A DNA stretch of 63,874 bases, filler included, from Malassezia furfur (lineage: Eukaryota), in the NCBI GenBank assembly GCA_052055015.1. It is 5 parts of 5 records of this genome, joined end to end, with 100 filler letters (N's around TTAATTAATTAA, not from the genome) between each part and the next. Parts side by side here need not be neighbours in the genome. Positions count along the whole stretch, not along the records: positions 41,609 to 55,360 come from JBQJIT010000304.1; 4 more parts are not named here. One strand, given 5' to 3'. Of this stretch, positions 45,729 to 55,460 are shown in pieces. The translations under genes and the position numbers were made by a program. The first letter of the stretch is position 1. Each line of letters begins with the position of its first letter. Under the pieces are notes generated by a model. That model saw only the letters and a program-made list of their open reading frames with translations, did no database searches and was not told the origin of the DNA.

Positions 45729-48305
45729 ATGGCGCCGAAGCTCGACGTGAACGACCCGCAGGTCGCGCGGCTGTTGGACCTGTTCGCGAAGATCTCGCTA
45801 ACTGGTCAGCGCGCGCAAGACACGGTCAAGAATGCCAAGTATGCGCGCTCGCTGGAGCAGGTGATTCATGCGTTGCGCCTCGTCGAGGCGCACCTCGACG
45901 CGAAGACGAGCTCGGCGGTGGTTGTCGCGGCGTCGAGTGGCGCGGACCTCGCGCCCGCCGCGCGCGAGTACGTGGTGAAGCGTGTGGTGAAGGGCGATCT
46001 GAAAACCACCGACCAGATCCAGACGGCGGTACAGTACGTCGCGACGCACGACCCGATCGACGACGCCGACTTTGATACCCAGTGCGGCGTCGGTGTGGTG
46101 GTGACGCCCGAGCAGTGCCGCGCGGCGGTCACCGCGTACATGGATGCGCATGCCGATGAGCTTGCGTCCGTCGGTGGCTGGCCCAAGATGTCGGCCGTGA
46201 TGGGCGCTGTGCGCAGCGATGCGTCGATGCGGTGGGCCAATGCCGTGGACATCAAGACGGCGGTGGAAGCGACGCTCACCGAGCGCTTTGGCCCACGCAG
46301 CGCCGCGCCCAAGAAGAAGGCGGAGCCGAAGGAGGCCAAGAAGCCCGCCAAGAAGGCGGATGCGGCGCCGACGCAGCCCGCGGGCCCCGACGCCATGTTC
46401 CAAGAGGGCTTCCTGGCGAGTCTGCACCAGCCGGGTGGAAATCCACAGGTGCACCCGTGGCTGCGCGAGGCGCACCTGAAGGCCACGAACGGCTCGGTGA
46501 TGACGCGTTTCCCGCCCGAGCCGAACGGCTTCTTGCACATTGGTCACTCCAAGGCGATCGCGGTCAACTTCGGTTACGCGCGCTACCATGGCGGGCTGTG
46601 CTACCTGCGCTTTGACGACACGAACCCCGAGGCAGAGGAGGAAAAGTACTTCACCTCGATCCTCGAGACGGTGCGATGGCTCGGTTTTGAGCCGTACCAG
46701 ATTACCTACTCCTCCGACTACTTTCAGCGGCTCTACGAGCTGGCCGTCGACCTGATCAAGCGCGGCTTGGCGTACGTGGACCACTCGACCCCTGAGGAGA
46801 TCCGTGCACAGCGCGGCGGCCCCGAAAAGGGCGCGCGCCACGCGAGCCGCTGGCGCGACCGGCCCGTGGAAGACAGCCTGGCGGACTTTGAGAAGATGAA
46901 GGCGGGCAAGTACAAGCCCGGCGAGGCGACGCTGCGCATGAAGCAGGACATCCTCGGGAGCGGCAACCCCCAGATGTGGGATCTGATTGCGTACCGTGTG
47001 CTGGATGCGCCACACCACCGCACGGGTACGACGTGGTGCATGTACCCCACGTACGACTTTACGCACTGCCTTGTCGACAGCTTCGAGAACATCTCGCACT
47101 CGCTGTGCACGACCGAGTTTATCCTGTCGCGCGAGTCGTACGAGTGGCTGTGCGATGCACTCGAGGTGTACAAGCCACGGCAGTACGAGTACGGCCGGCT
47201 GTCGATCGAGGGCACGGTGCTGTCAAAGCGCAAGATGCTCAAGCTGGTCAACGGCGGGTACGTCGACGGCTGGGACGACCCGCGCATGTACACGCTGATC
47301 GGCCTGCGCCGCCGCGGCGTGCCGCCCGGCGCGATCCTCTCGTTTGTGAGTGCGCTTGGCGTCACGACCAACAACTCGACGATCCAGACGAACCGCTTCG
47401 ACCAGAGCGTGCGCCAGTTCCTGGAGATGGACACGCCGCGCCTGATGATGGTCGTGCGCCCGCTCAAGATCACCATCGAGAACCTCGATGAGGACTTTGT
47501 GCTGGAGATTGAAAAGCCGTTGCATCCCAAGGTGCCTGCGATGGGCACCGCCAAGGTGCCGTTTACCCGCACGGTGTACATCGACGCTTCCGACTTCCGC
47601 ATGCAGGATGCGCCGGACTACTTCCGCCTTGCGCCGGGCAAGAGCGTGGGGCTGTACCAGGTGCCGCACCCGATCACCTGCACCGACGTGCGCACCGACG
47701 CCACGGGCGCCGTCAGCGAGCTTGTGTGCCGCTACGACGCCGAGGCCAAGCCCAAGACCTACATCCAGTGGGTCGCCGAGCACGCGCCGAGCCGCAGTCC
47801 GGTGCGTGTGGACGAGGTGCGCTTCTTCCACAACCTCTTCCTCTCCGAGAACCCCGCGGCGGAGGAAGACTTCCTGGCGACCATCAACCCCCACTCGCGC
47901 GAGGTGTTCCGCGGCGCGCTGCTCGAGCCGGCGTTCTACGACGTGGCGCGGCATGCGATCCAGCGCGCCAAGGACGAGACGGCGGCGCGGGAGCGCCAGG
48001 CCGCACACCAGGCGGAGCAGGCGCTTGGCAAGGAGCGTGCCGAGCAGGCCGCGCACGACACCGATGCGCTGCAGGCGGTCAAGACGTCGACGTTCGGCAA
48101 GGAGTGCATCCGCTTCCAGGCCATGCGCGTCGGCTACTTTGCCGTGGACCGCGACAGTCAGCTCGCCGTGTTCGGGGACGATGTTGCGCACGACTCGCTC
48201 GTGCTCAACCGCATCGTCTCGCTCAAGGAAGACGCAGGGAAGGCGGCCACCAGCGCCGCGCCGGCGACCGCGCCCAACGGCGCCAGCGCCGCGGCGACCG
48301 CGTAG
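45729..48305 (+). CDS. GLN4: Glutaminyl-tRNA synthetase
   Basis: TRFPPEPNGFLHIGHSKA, RFDDTNPE, YPTYDFTHC, VLSKRK, WDDPR; eukaryotic N-terminal domain. Confidence 0.96.
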   Translation: MAPKLDVNDPQVARLLDLFAKISLTGQRAQDTVKNAKYARSLEQVIHALRLVEAHLDAKTSSAVVVAASSGADLAPAAREYVVKRVVKGDLKTTDQIQTAVQYVATHDPIDDADFDTQCGVGVVVTPEQCRAAVTAYMDAHADELASVGGWPKMSAVMGAVRSDASMRWANAVDIKTAVEATLTERFGPRSAAPKKKAEPKEAKKPAKKADAAPTQPAGPDAMFQEGFLASLHQPGGNPQVHPWLREAHLKATNGSVMTRFPPEPNGFLHIGHSKAIAVNFGYARYHGGLCYLRFDDTNPEAEEEKYFTSILETVRWLGFEPYQITYSSDYFQRLYELAVDLIKRGLAYVDHSTPEEIRAQRGGPEKGARHASRWRDRPVEDSLADFEKMKAGKYKPGEATLRMKQDILGSGNPQMWDLIAYRVLDAPHHRTGTTWCMYPTYDFTHCLVDSFENISHSLCTTEFILSRESYEWLCDALEVYKPRQYEYGRLSIEGTVLSKRKMLKLVNGGYVDGWDDPRMYTLIGLRRRGVPPGAILSFVSALGVTTNNSTIQTNRFDQSVRQFLEMDTPRLMMVVRPLKITIENLDEDFVLEIEKPLHPKVPAMGTAKVPFTRTVYIDASDFRMQDAPDYFRLAPGKSVGLYQVPHPITCTDVRTDATGAVSELVCRYDAEAKPKTYIQWVAEHAPSRSPVRVDEVRFFHNLFLSENPAAEEDFLATINPHSREVFRGALLEPAFYDVARHAIQRAKDETAARERQAAHQAEQALGKERAEQAAHDTDALQAVKTSTFGKECIRFQAMRVGYFAVDRDSQLAVFGDDVAHDSLVLNRIVSLKEDAGKAATSAAPATAPNGASAAATA

Positions 48306-48424
48306 ATAGGCACGTGATAGGACGCCTCGGCGGCCCCCCATTTCCGAAGCACGCCGCGCTTTTCTTCCCCGCACCGCCGCTGCCGCCGACTGCGCGTGGC
48401 GAGTAGAGGAGAGCTGCGCACGGC

Positions 48425-50992
48425 ATGCCGCCGCCGTCGTTCTCGAGTTTGTCGGGCCTCGGCGCGCTCAATGTGTCGCGCGGCACGCTCGGTCTCGTGA
48501 AAGAGGCCGCTCAGGCCGTGCACGCAGCCATCGCCAAGGGCGCGCCGGGCGCGGCCGACGCGGCGCGCACCGCCGTGCACGCCCTCCTCGCCGACGCCTC
48601 ACTGGACATGCCGCCGAGTGACGATGACCTACTTGCGCACGCCGAGGTGCGCGCGCAGCTCGCGCCCAACGCCGTGCGCACCGCCGTCGCCGACAAGCTC
48701 CACGCTGACATGCTTGACGCCTTCGAACACACCACACAGAAGCCCGAGAGCGCCGTGTGGATGGCGGTCGTCGGCGTGCTCGAGATGCTGGCTCCGCTCC
48801 TCGACGTCGGCCTGTTCCGCCGCGACTGGTGGGGGCGTGTGCTGCTCCCCGCGCTCGAGAGCGCCGCGCTGTCCGACGCCCAGCACAAGCGCGTACGCAC
48901 ACTCCTCGTGTACGCGATGCTCGCGCAGCCTGTAGTGGCCGCGCACGAGGATACGCCGCCGGCCTCCGCTGCGCCGCCCGCCGCGCCGCCCACACCCACG
49001 TCCGCCGCTGCCGCCGCACCGCCCGCACCGCCCGCACCGCCGTCGCTGGTCGACACGGTGTTTGCGCTGTACATCGACTTGGCCGCGCACCAGCCCGAAC
49101 TTGCGCCGCTGCCCGCGGACGAGGCGACGGCACACGAGCCCGATGCGACGCCGGACGAGGTGCCGCGCACACATGCGCCGCCGCCGCACGCGGCGCTGCG
49201 CCACGAGCTCGAGATGGCCATTGCGCTGTACAGCGCCTACGACCCCACGGGCTTCTTTGCGGCGCTCGCTCGCACGCTGCGCGGCACGGCCACCGAGGGC
49301 CCAGTGCTGTATCTGCTCGCCAGCTTCCTGCACGCACAGTCGATGCACACCTATCGGATCACCCACACACCGCTGCTTGACCGCGTCGTTGATGTGCTGC
49401 AGAACACGCATTCGACGCGCGCCATGTCGCTCGGGATCAAGTGCGTCGTGATGGTCCTGCCGCATGTGCCACGGTACCTGGTCAACGGCGGCGCGGGCGG
49501 CGTGCCGGCGCTGTTTTCCGTGTACGCCCGCGCCGTGACCTGGCGGCGCGGCACCGCCGAGGATACCGTGACGGTGTGCGTATCGCTGTTCTTTACACTG
49601 CTCTACGGCCTGTTCCCCAACAACCTGCTCGCGTTTCTGCGCGCGCCGGCCGCGTACCTCGACGGGCGCGACGCGGGGGCGCTGGACGCCAACGCGGTGC
49701 GCACCGCGTCGCTCGCGCTCCTGCGCGGTCATGCGACACACCCGCTGCTCGTCGAGATGGATGCCTCCACCGAGCTAAGCAACACGAAACGCTGGGCACA
49801 GCAGGACGCGTCCGACCTGACCGCGTCGTGTATGTCGCTGTGCATCGGCGCGCGCGAGGAGATCGGCAGTGCGGATGCGCTGCTCGCGACGCACGTCCCG
49901 GCGAACGCGACGCTGCTGCAGGTCGAACACAAGTTTGAGCTGTACCTCAAGGAGCAGCTGCTCCTCCACATTGGGCGCCTGCACCGTGACCGGATCGCGG
50001 ACGCGGCCGCGGAGGCCGAGCACCAAAGTCTGTACCATACCCTTCGTACGCTGCGCACGCAGCTACAGGCCGCGCAGACGCGCGCCGAGCGCCAGCGCGC
50101 CGAAACGCAGGCCGCGAGCCAGCGCCACATCCAGTGGGAGCGCGAGCTGAACGCCAAGCTGAACACCTACCGCGAGGAGCGCCGCTCGTGGGCCACCGAG
50201 CGGCAGAGCCTGCTCAAGCAGCTCAGTGACGCCCACACCACCAACGCGTCGCAGGCCGCCGAGATCACCGCGATGGGCACGCGCCTGTTCGAGCTCGAGC
50301 AGGACTTGGCGCGCGCCCAGCCGCAGCTCGAGCGCATCGAGACGTACCGCGCCAACGTGCAAAAGCTGAGCAACTGCATGGCGGAGTGGGAAGAGGATCT
50401 GGACAAATACGAGCTACAGAGCCGCGAGATGGACAAGATGCTTTCGTGGTGGGAGGAGATGGAGCTCACCGTGGCCAACAGCGAGGCGAACGCCAATCGC
50501 TACCGCTCGCTGCTCGAGCAGCGCACCACGGAAAACACGCGGCTCACTGCCGAGCTCGCGTCGCTGCGCGCGGCGACCGCGCGCCAGGCCGAGCGCCTCG
50601 CGGCGAACCAGACCTGGCTGCTCGAGGCCGTCGTCGCCCCGGCCCACGACCGCGCCGAGCCGCAGCTCACGCGGCCGACACGCGCCGCGGCGCACGGCTC
50701 GGAAGAGGTACGTAAGGCACACGCACGCACAGCCAAGCTCGAGCGCCTTACCCTCGACCTGCGCGCCCGCATCGAGGAGCTCGAGAGCGAGGTGCGCGCG
50801 CACGCCCAGCACGAGGCGGCGTCCCACGAGGCGGAGACCGACTCGTTGCTGATTTCGCCGCAAACGCTACGGACACCGCGCGGCGGACCGGCCCGCGCCG
50901 GCGCCGTGCCGCCGCTCTCGCTCGACTCCCCCGCGGACGCCGGGGGGCAGGCGGCCGATGCGGCACGCGAGGACGAACGGGGAGATGCATAG
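48425..50992 (+). CDS. TSC1: Hamartin (TSC1)
   Basis: FFTLLYGLFPNNLLAFLRAP..HPLL; FELYLKEQLLLHIGRL; long C-terminal coiled coil. Confidence 0.8.
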   Translation: MPPPSFSSLSGLGALNVSRGTLGLVKEAAQAVHAAIAKGAPGAADAARTAVHALLADASLDMPPSDDDLLAHAEVRAQLAPNAVRTAVADKLHADMLDAFEHTTQKPESAVWMAVVGVLEMLAPLLDVGLFRRDWWGRVLLPALESAALSDAQHKRVRTLLVYAMLAQPVVAAHEDTPPASAAPPAAPPTPTSAAAAAPPAPPAPPSLVDTVFALYIDLAAHQPELAPLPADEATAHEPDATPDEVPRTHAPPPHAALRHELEMAIALYSAYDPTGFFAALARTLRGTATEGPVLYLLASFLHAQSMHTYRITHTPLLDRVVDVLQNTHSTRAMSLGIKCVVMVLPHVPRYLVNGGAGGVPALFSVYARAVTWRRGTAEDTVTVCVSLFFTLLYGLFPNNLLAFLRAPAAYLDGRDAGALDANAVRTASLALLRGHATHPLLVEMDASTELSNTKRWAQQDASDLTASCMSLCIGAREEIGSADALLATHVPANATLLQVEHKFELYLKEQLLLHIGRLHRDRIADAAAEAEHQSLYHTLRTLRTQLQAAQTRAERQRAETQAASQRHIQWERELNAKLNTYREERRSWATERQSLLKQLSDAHTTNASQAAEITAMGTRLFELEQDLARAQPQLERIETYRANVQKLSNCMAEWEEDLDKYELQSREMDKMLSWWEEMELTVANSEANANRYRSLLEQRTTENTRLTAELASLRAATARQAERLAANQTWLLEAVVAPAHDRAEPQLTRPTRAAAHGSEEVRKAHARTAKLERLTLDLRARIEELESEVRAHAQHEAASHEAETDSLLISPQTLRTPRGGPARAGAVPPLSLDSPADAGGQAADAAREDERGDA

Positions 50993-51062
50993 CCAAAACA
51001 CGGGCATTGCTGCTCGGAATAACAATATACGATGTACGACAGACCACACATGGCCACGCCGG

Positions 51063-51884
51063 TCAGGCGTCGCTCGGCGCCGGCGCGCCGAGCACGGCGC
51101 TCCACTTGGTCATCAGGGCGCCTGCCCGCTCGCGGAAGCGGAACTCGTCGTCACGCGGAATCTCGGGCAGCTGGTGAATACGCTTGATCACCTTGCCGAT
51201 CTTGGTGATTTTGAGCTGCTCGGGGGTAATGTCGTCGTAGGCCTCGACGATCTTCAGCGTCGCGTCCTGCGCGTCCATGTCCTCGGCACGGATCACGCCG
51301 TCCTTGGCGAGGAAGGCGCGCTGCAGCTTGTGGCGCCACTCGCGCACTTTTTTGGTCTGCGGATCGAGCTCTTCCTCGACCTCCTCCTTGGGCTCCTCCT
51401 TGGCCGCCGGCGGCTCGGGCGAGTCTTTCCGCTTCTTGCGCGCGGCGGCCGGCGCGGCGCGCTTGCGCTTCTTGGGCGCATCATCCTCTGCCTCCTCTGC
51501 ATCTTCGCTCGCACCTGCATCATCGTCATCGGCGGCGGCGAGCGCCGCGTCGTGCTCGCGCACGGCCGCGGTCTGCTGAGCATTCCACGCGTGTGGGTCG
51601 CGCGCGAGCTTGTACGCCTTTTGTAGGTCGCCCGACTTTTTGTGCGACGCGAGGAATGCGTCGATGTCGTCCGTGGACAGGTGCGTCAGGTCCCGCGGCG
51701 TCGCCCAGTGGTAGTCGGCCGCTGGGAAGAAGCGGATGGTGAAGAGCTGCGTCTGCTTGTTCGACGGTTTTTCCGCGCGCACGGCCGCAGGCACATCGGC
51801 ATCATCGACAATAATCCCCGGCCACGCAGGGAACCCGCGGATCTTGGCGAGCACCACGTCGCCCACCCGGTACTCGGACGCCAT
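51063..51884 (-). CDS. PWWP-domain chromatin protein with TFIIS/LEDGF-like C-terminal helical domain
   Basis: GDVVLAKIRGFPAWPG; WRHKLQRAFL..TKIGKVIKRI. Confidence 0.85.
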   Translation of the reverse strand: MASEYRVGDVVLAKIRGFPAWPGIIVDDADVPAAVRAEKPSNKQTQLFTIRFFPAADYHWATPRDLTHLSTDDIDAFLASHKKSGDLQKAYKLARDPHAWNAQQTAAVREHDAALAAADDDDAGASEDAEEAEDDAPKKRKRAAPAAARKKRKDSPEPPAAKEEPKEEVEEELDPQTKKVREWRHKLQRAFLAKDGVIRAEDMDAQDATLKIVEAYDDITPEQLKITKIGKVIKRIHQLPEIPRDDEFRFRERAGALMTKWSAVLGAPAPSDA

Positions 51885-52072
51885 GTCGACGGAAGAAGGA
51901 GGCTCGGCCGCGCACGATGCGCGGCGCACTGGGCGGGCGCGCGGTGCACGTCACGTGCGGGCGCACTGCAGCGGCGCGCGGGCGTCGCTCGTCGCTTGGT
52001 TCAGGGACGTTGTGGAGCAAGCAGCGGCGTTGTATGTCCCCCGCCGAATTCGAGTTGCGGCAGTAGGCTGCG

Positions 52073-52685
52073 ATGAGCAACAAGGTAGTGTCACTGACGT
52101 TTCGGCACATCATCGATGATGTGATCGCAAACGTCCGGCAGGACTTTGAGGACATGGGCATCGAAAAGGAGGTGCTCGAGGAGCTCCAGCGCAGCTGGGA
52201 GGCGAAGCTCGTCGCGACCCAGGTGACCGAGTTCGATGGCGCGAACGGCAGCGTGACTGGCGTGCGCCCGCCCGTGCAATACACGACGACGCCCGGGGTC
52301 GGGTCCTCGTCGGCCTCTTCCTCCGCACGCGCCACCGACGCGAAGTCGGCCAAGGCCGAGCCGAAGGAGGAGGCGGCGTCCGCGGACGGCAAGTCTGCTT
52401 CGGCCGGTGCCACGGCCGGCACCAAGCGGAAGCACGAGGACGATGAGGAGGAGGCGAGCAACGAGATCGGGTCGGACCTGGACGACTCCGAGGAGGAGGA
52501 CGCGGACGGCAACGAAGATATGATGCTGTGTCTCTACGACAAGGTGCAGCGTGTGAAAAACAAGTGGAAGTGTGTCCTGCGCGATGGCGTGGCGTCGATC
52601 GGCGGGCGCGACTACCTCTTCTCGAAGTGCAATGGGTGCGTAGGCGCCGTGCGCCCGGCTGACCCCCAGCGAGTTCGAGTGGTAG
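52073..52685 (+). CDS. TOA1: TFIIA large subunit
   Basis: MSNKVV..IIDDVI..WEAKL; IGSDLDDS; LCLYDKVQRVKNKWKC; a 34-nt intron 52636-52669 gives CNGEFEW*. Confidence 0.93.
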
Positions 52686-52753
52686 CACGTGCCTCCACGT
52701 GGTGGTACGGCCTGGGGCGGCGGGGGCGCTGCCCCCCGGGTTCGCTGCGGACG

Positions 52754-54432
52754 ATGACGGCCAAGGACGCGCGAACCGGCTGGGTACGGCAGGTAGTGAC
52801 GTACGACCATGGTGTGTGTGACAATCCAGAGCTTATCCTGTAGTGCGCACGCTTGCGCTTCTGTACGTCGTGCTGCACTTTTCGCGGCGCTGGGTGAGGA
52901 CGGTGCGGGCCGAGGGGGTGCGCGGCGTTGCGCACAACGCATACGTCAGCGTGGCGCGCGCCGTGATGCGTCTGCTGCTCAAGCTGCCCGCGAACCGCCG
53001 CCGTGTGGAGCGCGAGATGTCGTCGGCCGCGGGCCAGCTCGAGCAGAGCCTTGTGCTGCCGTCGACGGTGCCGACGATGCGCGTTCTGCCGGTGCACGGA
53101 CGCGACGACCGGTGGATTGACAAGCAGCTGGATGTGCTGCAGCACCTCGGAAAACACGGTGACGATTCTGAGCGGCACTGGCGCGATGGCCGGTGCTCGG
53201 GTGCCGTGTACCACGGCGGCGACGAGCTGAGCCGTGTGATCGTCGACGCGCTGCGCCGCTTTTTGCTGTCGAACCCGCTGCACCCTGAGGTGTTCCCCGG
53301 GGTGCGCAAAATGGAGGCCGAGGTGGTCGCGATGGTGCTCGACATGTACAACGCCCCGCCCGGTGCTGCGGGCACCACCACCTCGGGCGGCACGGAGTCG
53401 ATCCTGATGGCGTGCAAAACGGTGCGCGACTGGGCGCACGCCGAGCGCGGCATCACCGAGCCCGAGATGATCGTGCCGATGAGTGCGCACGTTGCCTTTG
53501 ACAAGGCGGGCAACTACTTTGGCATCAAGGTGCGCCGCGTGCCCGTGGACCGCGTCTCGCGCAAGGTGCGGATCGACGCGGTGCGCCGCGCGATCAACGG
53601 CAACACGGTGCTGCTGGTGGGCAGCGCGCCCAACTTCCCCGACGGGATGATTGACGACATTGTGGCATTGGGTGCGCTGGCCAAGCGGCACCGGATCAAG
53701 TGCCACGTCGACTGCTGCCTCGGCTCGTTCCTGGTGCCCTTCCTGGAGCGTGCTGGGTTCGTCAGCGAGCCATTCGACTTCCGCGTCGAGGGCGTCACGT
53801 CGATCTCGTGTGACACGCACAAGTACGGCTTCGCGCCGAAAGGCTCGTCGATCGTCATGTACGACAGCGAGGCGCTGCGCCGCTACCAGTACTACGTGAA
53901 CCCCGCGTGGGTGGGCGGTGTGTACGCCTCGCCGACGCTCGCCGGCTCGCGGCCCGGGGCGCTGATCGCCGCGACGTGGGCGGTGATGGTGGCCATGGGC
54001 CAGGACGGCTACACCGAGTCGTGCAAGCAGATCGTCGGTGCGGCCAAGGCGATCGAGCGCCGCATCCGCGACGAGATCCCCGAGCTGATCATTTTGGGCC
54101 ACCCGCTCGTGAGCACGTTTGCGATCGGCAGTGCGGGCACGATCAACGTGTACGACGTCGGCGACCAGATGAGCAAGCGCGGCTGGCATCTCAACGCGAT
54201 CGGCGGCGATGCACCGGCCGTGCACCTGGCATGCACGCGGCTCACCGTGCCGGTGGTCGACGAGTTTGTCGCGGACCTCAAGGAGGCCGTGGCCAACTCG
54301 CGCACCAAGCCGGCACAGCCGGGCACGATGGCCACCGTGTACGGGCTCGGGCAGAGCACCGCGGTCGGCCCGATGCTCATCGGCGACATGGCGACGCGCT
54401 TCGTCGACCTGCTCTACAAGCTCGCGCCCTAG
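52754..54432 (+). CDS. DPL1: Sphingosine-1-phosphate lyase
   Basis: SGAVYHGG, NPLHPEVFPGVRKMEAE, SGGTESI, SCDTHKYG (PLP Lys), GSRPGA; 32-nt intron 52812-52843. Confidence 0.93.
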
Positions 54433-54448
54433 GTTTCGTAAAAATACA

Positions 54449-55360
54449 TCATTGCACTGGGTCAGTTCCGCGCACGTACGATAGAGCACCTGGACGTCGC
54501 TGATCGCGAACGAAAGGCCACAGTGCGGGCACTTGCGCTGCCGCGTCTGGATGCGCGCATTGACGCACGCCTCGCAGAAGGTGTGCAGGCACTTGGTGAT
54601 GATCCGGTCGCGGTAGCGTTCCTTGCACGCCGAGCACTTGAGCAGGCTGTCGAGGTACGCGAGGTGCGTGCTTTCGTCGCCCGCGCCGCGCTTGCGCACA
54701 GCACCGCCCGCATCGCGGTCGGCGACGCGGCGCTTCAGGCGGCTCACCTCCTTGTCCAGGATCGCCGCGCGCTCCTCGGCGCGCATCCGCGCGCCACGCT
54801 CCTCGTTGAGCGTGGCAAGGTGCGCCGCGCCGCTCGTCTCGGCCGCTGCCTTGCCGCGCTCGAGCTCCGCAGCGCGCCGCTTGAACACGCTCCGGTCGCG
54901 CTCCGCCTCGGCGAGCTTGGTCGCGTGGGTCTGCACGGCGCGCCGCAAAGCGCTCGTCTCCTTCTCGGCCTGCATCAGCTGCTGCTGCAGGCCCTTTTCC
55001 GTGTCGGTGTAGCGCTCGATCACCTTGCCCTGGCGCTCGCTGCTGCGCGCGAGCGTGCGCAGCTCGGCCTCGATCGCGTCCTTGGCGCGCATCGCCGCAA
55101 AGTACTTGTTGTCCGCCTTGCTCTTCTCGGTGGTGAGGCGCACAATCTTGTCCTCAAGCTTGGCAAGGTTGACCAGCTTGGCGTTCGCCTGCTTGTCAAG
55201 TGCATCGTACGCGGCACTCAGGCGGTCCACCTCGTCGTACAGCGACGAGGTCGACGCGTTCGCCGCCTCAAGCTCGGCACGCACCTGCGTCAGCGCCTGC
55301 CGCAGCGCGTCGGGCGTCGCGTCCGGCGCATCCGCCGCCGCCGCCGCCGCACGCAGCGCC
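54449..55360 (-). CDS. BRE1: E3 ubiquitin ligase Bre1, 3' part (5' lost in gap)
   Basis: EKSKADNKYFAAMR; RING CSAC..KCLHTFCEAC..RQRKCPHC; 23-nt intron 54457-54479. Confidence 0.9.
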
Positions 55361-55460
55361 NNNNNNNNNNNNNNNNNNNNNNNNNNNNNNNNNNNNNNNN
55401 NNNNTTAATTAATTAANNNNNNNNNNNNNNNNNNNNNNNNNNNNNNNNNNNNNNNNNNNN
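55361..55460. other. Assembly gap/linker
   Basis: N44-TTAATTAATTAA-N44. Confidence 0.97.

Noticed and set aside
35614..54432. ERG28, MVD1 and DPL1 as a lipid biosynthetic gene cluster
   Set aside because: They are interspersed among unrelated housekeeping genes across different contigs, with no evidence of clustering beyond chance.
52612..55284. 890-aa ORF appearing to fuse Bre1 to a long extension
   Set aside because: This is read-through of an unspliced 23-nt intron into the antisense strand of DPL1. Spliced Bre1 ends VLYLQ* at 54449.
13781..55460. TTAATTAATTAA palindromes embedded in N runs
   Set aside because: An identical 100-nt artificial contig linker occurs four times; it is not biological. 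True gap sizes are unknown (most of SMC1 is missing).
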